Source: Glycera tridactyla
Lineage: Eukaryota
Assembly: GCA_965644265.1 (NCBI GenBank)
Contig: OZ286463.1
Coordinates: 48,112,001-48,176,000 of the forward strand
Direction of reading: 5' to 3'
DNA: 64,000 bases
Below are positions 1 to 14,928 of this stretch, piece by piece (within the stretch, counting starts at the first letter, position 1; each line of letters starts with the position of its first letter). A program made the translations under genes and the position numbers. The notes beneath the pieces were generated by a model, which did no database searches, had not been told where the DNA came from, and saw only the letters and a list, made by a program, of their open reading frames with translations.

Positions 1-438
1 AGCCTGACTTGTTGACATAAATACATAGCGGCAGCTGGCCGTGATGTCTTCAGTCTAGGATCTCATCCACATGCTGTGATCCGGCCCAGCCCCTCCAATA
101 TGTATCCATCTCAGTACAACTAATTTATTTTGATTTCCAACACAAACAACCACCAATTTTTGTTGACTCCTACGTATTGAGTCCACCCTGATTTGGTTGC
201 TAGGCCTGATATTCATATCCAGTCTGATTGTCTGTTTGAGTTTAATATCCTTTCAACCACCTTGGGTTATATCCGACTGAAAAACTGAAAATGCTGAAGA
301 AAATAGGTACTAATGCAAGGTGCTGTCCCTACTCTTTGTGAAGGACAGCAGTGGTTCTATTATGTGCATACATGAATAGACTCACACACACACACACGGC
401 CAGCCTTTGATATTCACGTTCAGACAAGTCACAGTATG

Positions 439-1068
439 ATAATAAGGATCCAAAATTCGGCCTGTCGAATTGTTTTGTTGGCCGATAGGCTAACAAGCAC
501 AGCCTCAATGCATGAAAAGCTGGGCCTCTTGAGTCTTGCAGAAAGAAGACTGTTTCATGACTGTATTTTTGTCTTCAAATGTGTGAAACAAATGTCACCA
601 ATTTATTTGCAAGAAATTATAACTCCATTGTATCTTCAACATGGACGTAGAACCAGAGGAGTTGCTCAGGGAAATGTTGTAGTACCAAGAAGTAGAACAA
701 ATGCTGGAATGCAATCCTTCTCCACACGAGGTCCATTTACTTGGAACAAACTACCACAAAATCTTAAAGAAATGGATGACCTAAGTTCTTTTAAATTTGC
801 ACTGTTTAACTGGGTGAAAACCTGAAAGAAACATTTTGTTAATACCATCGAATACTGAATAATCCTGAATTAGTTACAGACCTATTTGCATTTAGGGTCG
901 GTGTTGACCCAGGGACAGACCCATGTGGGAAGGATTGAATTGACAATATAGACAGAGTGAGAACCTTCGAATTGGGTGATTGCATCCTCGAGATGTCCCA
1001 AGTACTTTTCTCACATTGTTCCTGTTATAATGTGTTGTATTATGTACACTCGAAGCAAAATAAAAGAC

Positions 1069-1102
<34 letters not shown>
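439..1102 (+). mobile_element. 5'-truncated CR1/L2-type LINE (ORF2 C-terminus, 3'UTR, (TAT)n tail)
   Basis: ORF IQNSACRIV...RRLFH...TRG...WNKLP...FK typical of the region C-terminal to LINE RT; (TAT)n tail about 1070-1100; 8-bp target-site duplication ACAGTATG at 431-438 and 1103-1110. Confidence 0.85.
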
Positions 1103-1699
1103 ACAGTATGTGATTTTGAGCTCATAATAGATTTTGGATTTCATGCTAGATATCGAAACATTTTCACCTATCATACCGTATTAGGACATACCATTCAGTG
1201 GCAATGATGCATTTTGTGTACAAGTTACATTTTTAGAAATCATCCGATCTTTCTGTGGATGTGAACCTTGGATCTCCAGCATGGCACCAACCGCCTAGCC
1301 TGTCTCTAGCTGGATTGCTGTCATTCATTCAAAGGCATGATATCTCAATCTATTGGCATGTTATCAGATCCTATGCTGGGCTCACAGTCTCCTGTCCATC
1401 ATTCATCAAAGTTGGGAAATTTTGAGATGAAATCTGATTGAGGTGATTTTTGTTGAAACATCATCTTGTTAAGCAGATGTAAAAATGCAGCAGAGTATAT
1501 TTACAGTTGATGATCATTAGCGCACAAGAAATGTCTGAAAGGAGGTCGATGATGATGATTGTAGCAGGCGAGTAGCGAGTTGTAAGTCTTGTTGATAGCG
1601 AATCTAGGAATCCATATTTACAAAACAAAGGCATGCTGTACTGATGAATTGTTGGTAACGTTGATCAGTGAACTCTGGAAGAGAACACGAAAGAGAGTA

Positions 1700-1877
1700 C
1701 AGTAAAACCTGTCTTGGAAGACCGCCCCTAATGCCAATGAAAAGTGGTCTCTCAAGACAGGTGGTCTCTCATTGGAGATATATTTGACTAGGTCAAATAG
1801 AGAAGAGCCAATAAAGGGTGGTCTCCCATTAGAGGTTAGTCTCCCAAAAGAGGGGTCTCCCAAGACAGGTTTCACTG
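1700..1877. mobile_element. Tc1/mariner-type MITE
   Basis: TIR CAGTAAAACCTGTCTTGG / CCAAGACAGGTTTCACTG, TA on both flanks, internal GTGGTCTC repeats. Confidence 0.85.
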
Positions 1878-2462
1878 TAGTTGTGCAGGTTGTATTGTGA
1901 TGCTTGCAATTGGAGACCCCGACAAGACCATCCTCTGGTTTTCTTGGGGCATCTTCTCTATTTCCGTTTTCATGGGGCATCTTGTCTATTTGACATAGTC
2001 AAAAATACCCATAATTAGTGACTGCCAGATTTGAAAGAAATATTCATGAAATATGAAATGCTGGCACAGTGGTAAAGTGTCCTGCTTGTGTGTTGCTATT
2101 GATGGGCGATTCACTCAGAGGTCTTCGGTTAACCCCTCAGTAAATCTAAAAAAGAATGGGCATGTGCGTTTGACACATGAGTTCAATCGAATAAAAATGT
2201 GTGAATGTATGTGTTAAAATTGTTTTGGTGACTTGCTTAGCATGGACAGGGTTCAAGCCTCAAGGTCACAAGAAAGAATTGGATAGAATAAAAACTATTT
2301 TGCCACATTTGTTTGAGATTATCTGATATATTCAGAGTCACATACATTGAACCTACATGTCATCACAACTGTTGAAATTGCCTCCAGATATCATGGCATT
2401 GAATTGTTCAGAACTAGTGGAGACCACCATCAGCAATACCCACATTGATGTGGGAGGGAATA

Positions 2463-2639
2463 CAGTGGAACCTGCACCAAGAGACCCTCCTACAAGAGAC
2501 CAACTTCAACAGGAGACCACTTTTCCATGGCAGCTTTTCTATTTGACAAAGTCAAATTCACCTCCCATGAGAGACTGCCTCTTCTGAAAGACTGCTTATT
2601 GGTGACATTTAGGGCGGTCTCTCGTCACAGGTTCCACTG
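2463..2639. mobile_element. Tc1/mariner-type MITE
   Basis: TA-CAGTGGAACCTG ... CAGGTTCCACTG-TA. Confidence 0.85.
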
Positions 2640-5516
2640 TACACTGATGTTGCCACAAGACATAATTCCAACCTGACAGTTGAACAAAAACTGCCCAACC
2701 AGTCACCTTCGATCAGTTCAAATTACAGACAACAGTCCATATTGTGGGCTATTTGACTGCTATTCTAGTCACAAGACAGACACAGATGAACTCAAGGGAC
2801 TTTTGAGGAGACTGTACATGTAATCGTGGTTGGTTGTGCCAGAAATTGGAGACAGTCTGTATGATGATGACACATGAGACCACCTGCAGGGCATAATAGT
2901 AAATAGGGAGTGATGATCCAACTGTGTCACATATGGGGCCAGAACCACACCCTTCTTGAGGCCAACTGTCACCCCACTACCCTAGGACAGCCCTCAATAT
3001 ATCACAAATTAGTTGATCTGGTAGATTTAGGGTGGCAAAAAACATGAAGTAATATTATACTCGTGTGAGTTTATATCTTGCAGATCATCATCATGGCAAA
3101 GGTTGTCGGGCATCATGGTGAGACTTCATCAGTTTTCATTTCTTCTGACATCATTCTGATCTGATCACTGAAGATCCCTGCATTTGCTCGCTGTGAATAG
3201 TCCCATGATATGATGAATGGGAATAAAACCTACGGAATTGAATCTTACACTTGTGTAGGCAAATATTTTTAAATACACAAAGGCACACATACATACACAC
3301 TACATGCATTTCGATATATCCATGAACTTCAATGAAACATTCACCATTAGAATCGTGCAGGAGATACCATACTCATGTTTTTGTCTACCTCACACCATAC
3401 ACGGTAGCTTCATTCAATATCACCGATGTGGTATTTTTGTGGATGTTCCTTTTTTCTGCATCCGTTAAATCAAATATTGTCTTCATGGCTCGGTGTAGAT
3501 TGCAGATCTGGATGGGTATCAGGGTTTATTTGTGGAGGATGTCAGTCAGTGCTCACCATGCAGACAATGTTCGACTGATCTACCAGACATCATGATGTAT
3601 TACCCTCCCATTTGATGGAATATATATGCTGGATCATGCAGTAAGACCACCTATTATCTCATCTTCTACCAACAGATTTTGTGAAATTGTCAACTCTTTC
3701 AGTAACTGAGGCTATGTAGTATCATGACTGGCATAGAAATGTACTTAGTAGAGAATCACAGGGCTTGACATTAACATTTAGTATCAGCTGCCACTTGGGT
3801 TGTGAGAGGTTCATTTTACATACTTGACAAGCAAATCTATATGCCCTAGTGGGCATTACTAGTAGGGCTGGGAGTTTCCATGTTCCTTCCATATAGTTTA
3901 AGTTATTGAAGTTTTCCTCTCCACCCAGGTGCGAAAACAAAGTCTATCATAGGCAGTAGGAGGGATCACAGAGTTTTGGCCTTGCTTTTAGCTATTCTGC
4001 ATAGGTCCCTATATATGGTACTGGGACAAGTTTGAGTGCAGTGTTCATGAATCTTTCTTTCCTACTGAGTGCTATTGTCTGGGAGATTTTGAGAGTTCGG
4101 TAACTTATCAAAATCTAAATGCAGTAAAATCTCATGGGTCAAATGGATATAATGCACTACTCATGATCTCTTATGATAACCTAGTGCAAGAGGACAAGAT
4201 GTTCTCGTATTTTACAGCCAGAGAGATTGGCACATCTAATCAGAAAAACGGTATTGTATATATGATGCCATGGCGCCTGAAGAAACTCCATACATGCTTC
4301 TTATATTAGCCAAACCAGCACAGAACTTCTTCTTCCAGGGCTCTATGACATTGTACAGTTAAGTTGCTCTACTTCTCTTAAACTGATTATTCTATCCCAT
4401 TCTGGGACTTTTAATAACATATTCAGTATGAATATACTGTATTTAATGAGTAGAAGATATGTACCCATCCCCTCTCAAAGGTCCAAATCCTATTGTTGAG
4501 ACAATTCTCTTGTAGATTGATTTATTTGATTACATTTGATTTGATTGTACTAATTGATAATCCCTTATTGGAAGCAGTCTGGATTGAAGGATCTTAATTG
4601 ATCATTCGAAAAAAATCTGATCAATCAAACCCTATCCAAGTACTTGTAAAAATGTGATTTCAGTAATTCTCCTCAGTGAGCGAGAGAGAAGCTGCAAAAT
4701 CAACCTTGGCTGACATTGCAGTATTTGTATGATCTGGAGTAGGTTAACCTATATGAGGAATTGTTTCCGTATACCTATATAAAGCTTGATTGACTGCAGG
4801 ATTTGCACCATGGCTGTTAGGGAAGTCTGCAGAATCAGCAAGTTATGGTGTTCGTATTCTGCCTTGATTGCACAGCTTTGCCAGTGTGGTTATTATAGTA
4901 GATACAGATGGTTGGTTCTTCTATGATGTGACTTTATGTAGTAGGTCCGGTAGGAAGACATTAGGTTTACCACATCAGTCTTCACAAGAAAATTATTCAG
5001 CCACTCTTGCATCAGGAGGTCTGAATGGGAAAATCACTCTCTCGAAAATAAATTATTCCCGGATTGTGCATGTTCAAAATGGAAAACAACCTCAATCTAG
5101 CTTATCAATTGACAGAGACGTTTGCGTGAGTAAATGCCTTATCAAGACATGAATCCAGACATATATGTCATGTATGAAAGTACCATTACCAGCTGTTTCT
5201 TCTTCAGAATCATACATGTGCAGGTATATGCAAAGTTGTTACGTAGGCAGTAGGGTTTATTGGTTGGTGGAGTCGAATTTGTGATGTTCTCTCTTCACAA
5301 TGAATTCATCAGTCTCTCATCAACTGAAAAATCTACTCTCCCACCAGGAGTGTCATATTGGTCTTATCGCTCTCCCAAAACCCAATTTACTCTCCTCGTG
5401 ATAATTGAAAATGTATTGATTGGCTACCAACTTTTGGCAATGACTTCCAAAACTATCAGCTTGAGGGTCAGCTGGCTCCTAAATATTTTGACCCAAATAG
5501 AACTCAATAGGTAGTA

Positions 5517-5590
5517 CAGTCAAACCTGCAGTGAATGCCTCCATGTGAGGCCACCTATTTCAAGAGATCACTCTTTGGTTTGTCTCTCTT
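5517..5590. mobile_element. Partial MITE (left end only), abutting a LINE tail
   Basis: TA-CAGTCAAACCTG start with GAGGCCACC/GAGATCAC internal motifs; no right TIR. Confidence 0.5.
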
Positions 5591-5591
5591 C

Positions 5592-5800
5592 TTCAATTCA
5601 ACTCAATTCAAACAACTTTATTTCAACTTGTAACTTGTGAATATTTACAAAAAGGCATTTAACTTACATGAGCTCTTTACAGCGGGAGCGAGTGGTTTGT
5701 AACAACAAAGAGATTATTAGTTAATAATACATTTGGTGAAATACAGTATCAAATTCTGAAATATCAAAATAATTACACAATCCAGACTGGATAAATACTG
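5592..5800 (-). mobile_element. 3' end of a non-LTR retroelement
   Basis: On - strand AATAAA followed by a (TTGAA/TTGAG)n tail; left boundary clear, right boundary approximate. Confidence 0.4.
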
Positions 5801-7437
5801 TACAATATTTATATACACTATGTACACCCCGGTCATTTTATGAGTTGGGGAGGATCCTAGCTATTGAATGATAAGACGAGAAAAACAGAATAGATCAGAG
5901 ATGAGATAGAGTAAGGGTAATATTATTGCTGGATGGGCTAGAGGTTTCACTCTTTTTATAGTAGAATTATTGCTGCTACCCTGGTAAAAGACGTATTTTA
6001 TAATATGTTTGTGGTCACTTGAGAGACAAGTACATTGTGTGGGAATCACAACAGACCCCAGAATGCCAAAGTGGCAGGTCTGTCTATCAAAACTGACATG
6101 ACCTTTTCTTCAGTGCATTCACTTCAGTACACACTGCTTTTTCCGATTCTAGGATAATGAACAACATCCTGTCTGATAGTTCAGCTTCGAATTCGCTCGA
6201 ACAGTCAAGTTCTTGACTCAATTGAAATTAAGCATTAGATCTCAAAACAGAATTTTGGGACTGAAGTTGTGGTCATTTTTGTTTATCGCAGCAAGAATTA
6301 AATCATTGTTTGCGTATTTTCCCATGTTGGTTGTAGATTGAGATGTTTGAATTGAAAGCTGACATCAAGAATCCTGTCTGTCAAAGGACGGGATTTGTTG
6401 AAGGGTAGATAATATTTGTCCGGTTCACTGCATGTGTACTTATTACCCTAATCAAACCCATGTTCTCCTTATCACACCCACTTATATCTATAACAAAGTG
6501 GATATGCTTATGGAAGGGTGTGTACCAGTTGGAGCATAAGTTTGTATTGTATTGTGGTGCGTTTGTGGTCCTGTGCTGGGATAACATGGGAATGAGTAAC
6601 TGACTGATGACGTTGCAGGATCCCAGGACCAGGGAGGTGATCCAGATACACACGCAACTGGCGAGGACATTGGTAGACATGAATAGAGTGACACCTGTTG
6701 GAATGTTGATGTACTGTACATGTTGACAATGTCCTCCATATGTAGCCAAATACCGTTCATCAAGGCTTCAGCAAGGCGATGAGGATGATGAGCTCTCAGA
6801 TATTGGATGAAGATAAAATCCTAATGATGCATGAACAATGGATGCTGGAAGGTTTTCTGAATGATCCCCATTTTCATGGTTGATTTGGTTTTCTGTGATC
6901 AGATGTGATTGACACATGTATTTTTATAAATGTACTTGTGATGAGGGGGAGATGTGGGGGTTATACACTTTCCCCAAATAAACATTGTGAAGCCTTATGT
7001 AGAATAATGGATCATACAAGGCAAAAAAGAATCTCAAACATGACAGAATGATGTACACCAAACAATGATAAGTATCATCAAATGCGCATGATATCAATGC
7101 TACATGAAAGTACTTGTGAAGAATGTGTCTCTCATGATCTTCCAATCCATTCATGTTTACATGAAAACCCAAGAGATATTCACCCTTGGAATATTGTAAG
7201 CCATACCTCATGGTTCTGTATATGATATTGGGCATGACCTTAGAGGGCCTTGTTGTTGAAATCTCATGGCTCTTTCATGAATCGTGCGCAATTTGATAGA
7301 TTTGACCTGGAATGTCATTATAGGGTCAAGTGATACTCATTACTATGCAATGCTACAAGGAGGCACTTCATCATTTTTTGATGTATCTATAATTTTCGTT
7401 ACTAATGTATGGTTTTGTTTTTTGGTGTGTTTTCTAG

Positions 7438-7638
7438 TTGATCTTCTCCGGCGAGTATACCAAAGCCATGGATCAGGACTGGCATAGCGGTCACTTCTGC
7501 TGCTGGAACTGTGACCTGTCTCTGACTGGTCATAGGTACATCCTGCGTGATGAGCACCCCTTCTGTATTAAATGCTACGAGAACCTCTTTGCCAATGCTT
7601 GCGAGGAGTGCAAGCAGCCAATTGGCACCGATTCGAAG
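7438..7638 (+). CDS. Lmpt: Limpet/FHL-family LIM protein, first exon visible in window (LIFSGEYTKAMDQDWHSGHFCCWNC...CEECKQPIGTDSK)
   Basis: Acceptor tttctag at 7437, donor gtaaga at 7639; 201 nt, phase 0-0; LIM Cys/His pattern typical of Limpet/FHL2. Confidence 0.93.
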
Positions 7639-8683
7639 GTAAGAATCTCATTTAATTTTCATTCTGTAGCTCGATTTCATACCCGCCAGAAATGTCTCAA
7701 GTCTTTTAGCACAGTCCAAGATCATGACCTTGAAGCAATGTCTTTCTGGGACAGCATGCCAAGTATTGGATCTTTCCATGTTCATATACCGACCTACGAA
7801 AGTAGTCAGTGACTCCATAATAACTGAATTTTCATGTTTTAAAGTTAGCAAAATTGGGTTGAGAATTAGCTGCTGGATGGTCAAATCCTATTTGACTGTA
7901 GTTCAATTGATTATGTCCTTCAGACCACAATTTTTTCTTGTGGTGCTTCCCTTCTCTTTTTGAATGGTCAAATTTCTTCAATAGTTGAACAGCCTGAATG
8001 CCAGTATTATTGCAGGCACCAAAATCCATGTGTTCGATCTGTGATGATAATTGATTGTCACTCAATATGTACGGTCTCGCTCCTCTCACTATTCATACTG
8101 TCCTGAATAGAAAACTCACAATTACCACAAACTTGAGTGCATTCATAAGATCCTAGCTCTCATTCCAACTCCTTCTTAGTCCTTCAAGAAAACTAAAATG
8201 GTATAGATTTTGGCCATTACGTCTGTGTTTCAAATGGAATGTTTACTGTAAAATACAGATCTATAAGGGTACCGACAATTTTACCCTGGCTGCCGATGGA
8301 TCTACATTACACTGAAATCTGCACATAAATAATGTAAATGTGGAAAGTTTAGTTGTACCTTTAATATGAAGAGTTACAGTATAGGAGATATTTGGCGTCC
8401 AAGGTTCAAAAGATTTCAATGTAGCTGTAAAAGCTGTAAAAGTGCATGAGTTTTGGGAATCACTGTTGTATGGACTACTCAATACCAATTATCATGTCAT
8501 CTTAATTTCAAGCTGGCAGGGAAATTTGAATAGAAAGGAATGAGCTGAACATATATGAGTCAGGTTGATATGGACATGGAGGAGATACAATTGCTTGACA
8601 GAACTGAGCTCTTATAAGATGCAACCGTTTCATAGGACATTTGGCACTGTGGACTTCCATCCAAATCTCTCTGGGGAGATATA

Positions 8684-8861
8684 CAGTCAAACCTCCCTAT
8701 AAAGACTGCCTTTGGTCGCATAAAAAAGTGGCCTTTATTGGGAGGTGGTCTTTATAGAGAGGTTATTTACTGTAGAAAATACTACCACAATCGCAGTTCA
8801 GGGCAGTCTTAATAGGGAGTTGGTCTTTATAGAGAGGTGGTCTTTAGAGGAGGTTTGACTG
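8684..8861. mobile_element. Tc1/mariner-type MITE, second subfamily
   Basis: TA-CAGTCAAACCTCC ... GGAGGTTTGACTG-TA; internal GTGGTCTTTATAGAG repeats. Confidence 0.85.
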
Positions 8862-9431
8862 TACCATTTGCATCTTATATGGACCTTGGTTATGGCTGCT
8901 GGTCCTAATATTACTTTCCGGTAAAGACTCCACAACAATCTCTGATTCTACAGAGTGGAAGGTGACAAATTAGTGAGCCATTCTTATTTCATATCACAGA
9001 TGAAATAATGATATTGAATGACATGTAGGACAACAGGCTCTAATGATAGAAGATAATATTGAGCCGAAAATATGCAATGATACACTTTCTGGATTACCCT
9101 GTCAACATCAAAGTCGAAGGGACAATCAAATTTATGTTTTGACGCACCTGAGAATTTCTTTTTATTGAGTCACTGATAATGTTCCCGGAGTAGTGTGAGA
9201 GATTAGACAAAATTAACCCAGCCCTCTCTTGATGAATTCACATAAGAATGTATAATTTTTATCATGACTGGTGTTTATCATTTACAAGTCCTGCTTATGC
9301 CAAAACTAGGCTACATCAACCAGACAAAAGTACTGAGAAGGATAGCCTTCAGTTCATATTTTGCACAAGAGTGCTATGTCTAGGCTTCAAAATGAGAAGT
9401 CTTTCCCTTGTGAGATATTATCCCTGGCTTT

Positions 9432-9563
9432 NNNNNNNNNNNNNNNNNNNNNNNNNNNNNNNNNNNNNNNNNNNNNNNNNNNNNNNNNNNNNNNNNNNNN
9501 NNNNNNNNNNNNNNNNNNNNNNNNNNNNNNNNNNNNNNNNNNNNNNNNNNNNNNNNNNNNNNN
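9432..9563. other. Assembly gap
   Basis: N run. Confidence 1.
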
Positions 9564-10365
9564 TCATAGATTTTGGTTGTGAATCCCAGATTGCTAGCAG
9601 CTACCATTTTGATATCTGAAGAAATGCTCAAGCTCCACATCTATCTAGAACAAATGACCCCATCTGTGATATAAAACAAGATACGGTAGAGATGGCTCAT
9701 GTACAGATTATTTTTGCATCATTTTTCGTAGATGAATAACAAGAGATACAATCTGTCATAATAGGTCCAGGATGCATTCACTTGTTGGAATAATGTTCAT
9801 GCTTCTCAGAAAAAGTCCAGAATGAATCTACACCACAGAGACCATTTAACTTGCTAGGAACCAGAATTTTATTAATCCTTGAATGATAACCAGTTTTGTT
9901 GTCTTGAGTTAAATTCTAGCTGCTTGATTAGGATCGAAGCTGGTCAGGAATGGGAAGAAACTCATGCATAGCCATAGTAATCATTCACTGATTGAATGAA
10001 TATATACATTTTGAATTGTTATGAGAAATGATAGTACTATGCAATCGAATTGAATTGGTGTCAATTGAACTAATTATGCCTCTCTGAAATTGGTGTTAAG
10101 AAGGTTCATCCCTATTGTGACTGCGCATCTCTAGTGCGCAGGCTGAGAACGGGTTGGATGGGTCATTGATGGGGTCATTGAGGTCAGGCAGGCATTTATT
10201 ACCCCTCACTCCCACCCCTTTCACACATGCAGTCACTCAGATGCACTCTTATGTAAACAAACAGGTCCCCAGATTAGAGCATCACTGATGTCTCGGGTAG
10301 ATATGTATCTAGTAGGAAGGCTGCTCATTTACAGAAGTTTGCCATGGAATATGCCTCTGATGGGG

Positions 10366-10765
10366 CACCTGTTCTGTAAGACCACCTTCTGGTGATATAT
10401 AGGATGGTCTGATAGCACACTGTTATATATCTCCATAATATACACTCGATGAGAGACCACCTGTTCTGTGAGACCACCTTCTGGTGATATATAGGATGGT
10501 CTCTTGTAATAGGTTTGACTGTATTCGAATGAGCATATTGATGCTCAAAGTTCTCTGAAATATGTAGGGTTTCTGGTGTTAGGAGAGGTAGCACACAGTT
10601 ATACATCTTTATAATATACCTCCAATGAGAGACCACTTGTTTTGTGAGACCACATTTGGTGATATATAGGATGGTCTCTTGTTTGACTGTAATCTCATGA
10701 GCATATTGATGCTCAAAATTTTCTGAAATATGTAGGGTTTCTGGTGTTAGGAGAGGTAGCACTCA
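10366..10765. repeat. Tandem array of MITE 3' half plus flanking DNA (about 170-bp unit)
   Basis: GGTTTGACTGTA/GTTTGACTGTA at about 10512 and 10681, each followed by the same ~75-bp flank; internal block present three times. Confidence 0.8.
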
Positions 10766-13700
10766 GCTATAGGTCTTTCATAATGATAGGCGTGGAATCT
10801 GATGCCACATGCATTCGATGAATTACGGTATTTGGCCAATTAAAAAGTACCGTTACCCCTATCATATCTGGTATTTTTGTGTTGCTGTGAGACTTAGGCT
10901 CATGAATCTGCAAAGAAAGTCATGGTATTATGGATGAGTCCCATCTGTCAGGTGATGAACTAATCAAAACAGTGTCAATTTTGTAAATAATTTTTTTTAT
11001 GTTATACAATAATCAAGTGAAATTGTGATAAATTTTCATTTAAATTTGACGTGTTTGTTGTTTGATATGTTACCTCAACATCCAATCCATTTTGAACGTA
11101 CCCACCATTTATCTGAGTGATTTTTTTCTCAGATATCTTCAGTAATATTTTTTTGGAAAATGGTAAAAATGGCCACCAGGGGGCATTGCATAACTCAAAA
11201 AGTAGTACCGTTCCCCCTGAAATTCTTTGTACCATTGAACACAGGATACCTTCATGATCATGTCTGTGAAGTTTGGTGGCAAAGTTATGGTTTTCAGTAA
11301 TACGGATGAACCTCCTTAATGGCCAAACCATGGTTTACAATAATTGGCTATTCAATCACATCACATTCTCTTACACTTTTATCCATCTAAATATAACAAT
11401 GTACTGCAATTATTAGGCACACCTCCAAACCTGGTGGGTAATGCTATAGTGACAAAGAATTGAGTTCTTAGTGCTGGTTTTATATAATGTCTATTGGTCT
11501 GCAATTGCATTCTGATCTTGAGCATTAAGACTTGAATATACATTCATATCTCACCATCACAATGTTACAACTGTGATCAATGATCACCTTGATTGAGACC
11601 AGAGAATGGATTCATCATGAAATGAAAGAATGGATTCAACCTGAAATGAAAGAAAAGGTTCCAACAGATAGTCTTGTGATGCTGATTGGTCATCATCAGA
11701 AGATGGGCATTGCTAGCTTCACCGTGGGTGTGGATGATTAATTGTAGGAGACTTTGCAACTTGTTTAACTAGTTGCATAACTTTCAATTTTGAGTGATAG
11801 GACATGGCTGCCTTTGGCCCATTTCACTTAAGATAGATGCATCCAGTTGGCATGGCAATAACACCTTAATGAATAGGGGCATTTAAAGATGATGAGTAAT
11901 CTAACCATGATAGATAGTATGCAAATAGTTTAGTGAATAATCCTCCAGTAAATGAATACCGAGTATGAATTTCATTTGAGGGTGGCTGTGTTCTTGAAGT
12001 TGAATTATCTTTCTATTGTCATTAACCATTCAGTGTACAAAAAAACATCGGAGAAAATGTGTTATGTCAGATTGTTTTGTAACCATCTCAAACTTGATAT
12101 GTCTGCTCTGAATTGTATTTATGGCATATTGATCATTTTGTCAGTGTAAATGCATTCCCTATGTATAGTATGATCAAGCACCGAATTGACCTCCTTCACC
12201 AGACCAATATCGATAACATATGTGTTATACTGTATTGAGGAAAAATCTTGATAAATTTCAGAATAGTTAGGGATTAAGGATGAATACAATGGTACACATT
12301 ACCTAAGATGTATTGATTGTTACTTGACATCTCTAATACTTCAAAAATTCATTCATATAATAGTTCATTGAGGAATTTGAATTTCTTGTGTAGAATTTAT
12401 GACTGCTTACATTCGATGCATGGTACATGTATTATACTTGTATTGCCTATGATTTCTTCTAACCACAGACTTTTTAATGCTATCAGGAATATTTTTGATT
12501 ATACCCAGAAGTTCACTTACATATAATTCAGTATAATCGAATCTGTATAATTATGTCTTTGGTAAAGTTGCTCATTAACTGTCAAATTTCTGAATTGTTG
12601 ATAGGATTTTGATATACCTTCTCTTATTTAGAAAGATCATTCTCAATTATCCTACCCCTCGTTACAGGTGTTTATCTTGGTGATCACTCTGTTAATGAGT
12701 TAAATGAAGAATGATGCAATTATTAGCAAACCATTATAGCATGATTGATAGGATGGCCTATTACAAAACTGTTCACCAGTTACAAAAACATATCTATTTC
12801 TTATGTATAAGCTCCTTCCCCGATTATCTATTGAGTTTTTAACCTGTTTTATTCTGTATGTACATGCAATGATATATGTTTTGCTGATGTTGTTGCCTCA
12901 TCACTTGACTGTGATTTGTTGTAATATCTATGATATGAGAGACAATTAGTGCTACAGTATCTTCAACACATGAGTGATCGTCATTATTTTTCGTGCGAGC
13001 ATATGCCTAATATATTTCTTCTATATTTGAACTTGACATACTCTGGCATACTTGGTGATATATTAGTGTTGTTCATTGTTGAATGAAGTTCGGAAGCCTG
13101 AACTCTATTGAAACTAAGCGAACCCCATTGCAGATGTCTTAATAAGTAAGATATCATTCCCTAGTGATAGCCATAGAGTATATTTGTCTGCAGGGAAGAA
13201 TTGGGTATGCTTGCATGAAGATTACTTGTTCACAGAGTATTGAAATTTCTGTGTTCAGCTAGTATTTTTGGTGACAGAGTTAGTCCAGAAATATGTGAGA
13301 AAGACAGAAATTTCACATTACATTACATGCATACTTCATTCTTCATCTATTGGTTGGAATTCATGTGTTCAGTCAACATTTGGGTGAATTCAATAGCCCA
13401 AATTTTTAGAGTGAATACTGGAAATTCTATCGCTAGATATACTGTTTCTTGAAGTTTGGTGTTTTGGGGGTAATTTGACTGTATGAGACAGTATAGTTGG
13501 CTGTTGCATTTTGACAGAGGGTAACCAATGTGTATGACCCCTTTACGAACGAGCTGGTAAGAGAAACATGCCACTAATGGTTTGTCTACATGTACAACTG
13601 CACTGTGATAGTGACAACAGCCGTTGCATCTCGTGAAACGATTTGCTTTTTCATGCATGTTTTCTCAGGGTGGAAAATTCATTCACTAAACCCTCGATTT

Positions 13701-14599
13701 TTTGGCTTAGCTTTTTTCATTGACTTTGCTCACAGATTTCATTGACAGGTTTGCAGTTGTTAGTTTGTTTTAAGCAGATGATTTTTTCAACCATGTTACA
13801 GAGTGACCCCCATTAGTTTTAGACAGTGTTTTCTGACCTTTCACTGCCCACATTTAATTTGCCCGGCATCAAGGTAGTACACTTACATGTTGCACCTGCC
13901 AGTGACTATCAGCTTCCATACTTGTTCATCTGTGTCATGGATAAATATCGATATCATAGATGGGTTGGCACTAGGGGCAATGGATGAAATTGAATGTGTG
14001 CAGTGAAGGGTTAATGATAGCTCCAGCTCATGACTGACACTTGATTCATGTGTAGAACAGGACTGATGCCGCAGGGTTTGCTGTTCCAAGAAGATAACAT
14101 AGATCTTGCTCTCTGAAAACTACCACTGGTGCTTCACAAGTAGCTACCATGAATGATGTAATAATTGCCCAGGGCATTTTAAGGACCCCAACTTGAGAGA
14201 TGATTTGGCAGTTGGGTACAAGGTAACTAATTTAGAGCCGACTGAGGGACAAGTTATGTAGATAATGATGTACTTCACCCATTCCACATACTGTTATAAT
14301 AACGAAAATATATCGGGGAAGCATATCAATAATCAATGCAAAACCCTCATATGATGTTGACTCTCTTGTATGTCTTTATAATTTATCTTTATGACCTTCA
14401 TTTTTAAGGTCATCCAACATTCATAATGAGCCCCATGAGGAGGAAGAGCTTGAATAATCGCATACATGTATATGTATCCATTTTATGCAAAGGTACCATA
14501 TTAGCATAACAGATCCCCTCCAAAACAACAATAGATTACTATTTTCAGTAGAAATATGCATTGTTTTTGCCAATGATGAATTTCCATCTAAGGTCTTTT

Positions 14600-14928
14600 C
14601 CTTGATGAAATCCTTGTGTCAAGGGCTGCGCTTTGCAAAAAAAAAAAAGGATTTGCTATCAGACTCGAGTGTTAGCCTCCAGCCAGTTACATATTTAGAT
14701 ATGCCATCATAGGTTTATTTTGTATGTTCAGATTAGGTAGAGGTGTGTTTGATCTGTTCGCTACTTTCACTTAACAACCTATCAGGTTCCCCATCATCTT
14801 GTGTTCAGGGTTTGTGAGAGTGATGTTTGCAGGGGAGAGAACATCTAGCTTTCATCAACCAGGAACATATGGCATACATAACCCTAGGGTTGATACATGC
14901 CTTAAACCTCAAACAAACAAACAAACAA
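14600..14928 (+). mobile_element. SINE family copy, 5'-truncated
   Basis: Shares CAGGTTCCCCATCATCTTGTGTTCAGGGTTTGTGAGAG...TTAAACCTCAAACAAAC with four other copies. Confidence 0.8.

Noticed and set aside
1-7437. Upstream Limpet exon (ending ...CAACDE) or PET-domain exons
   Set aside because: No matching peptide with splice sites found; these probably lie before the window.
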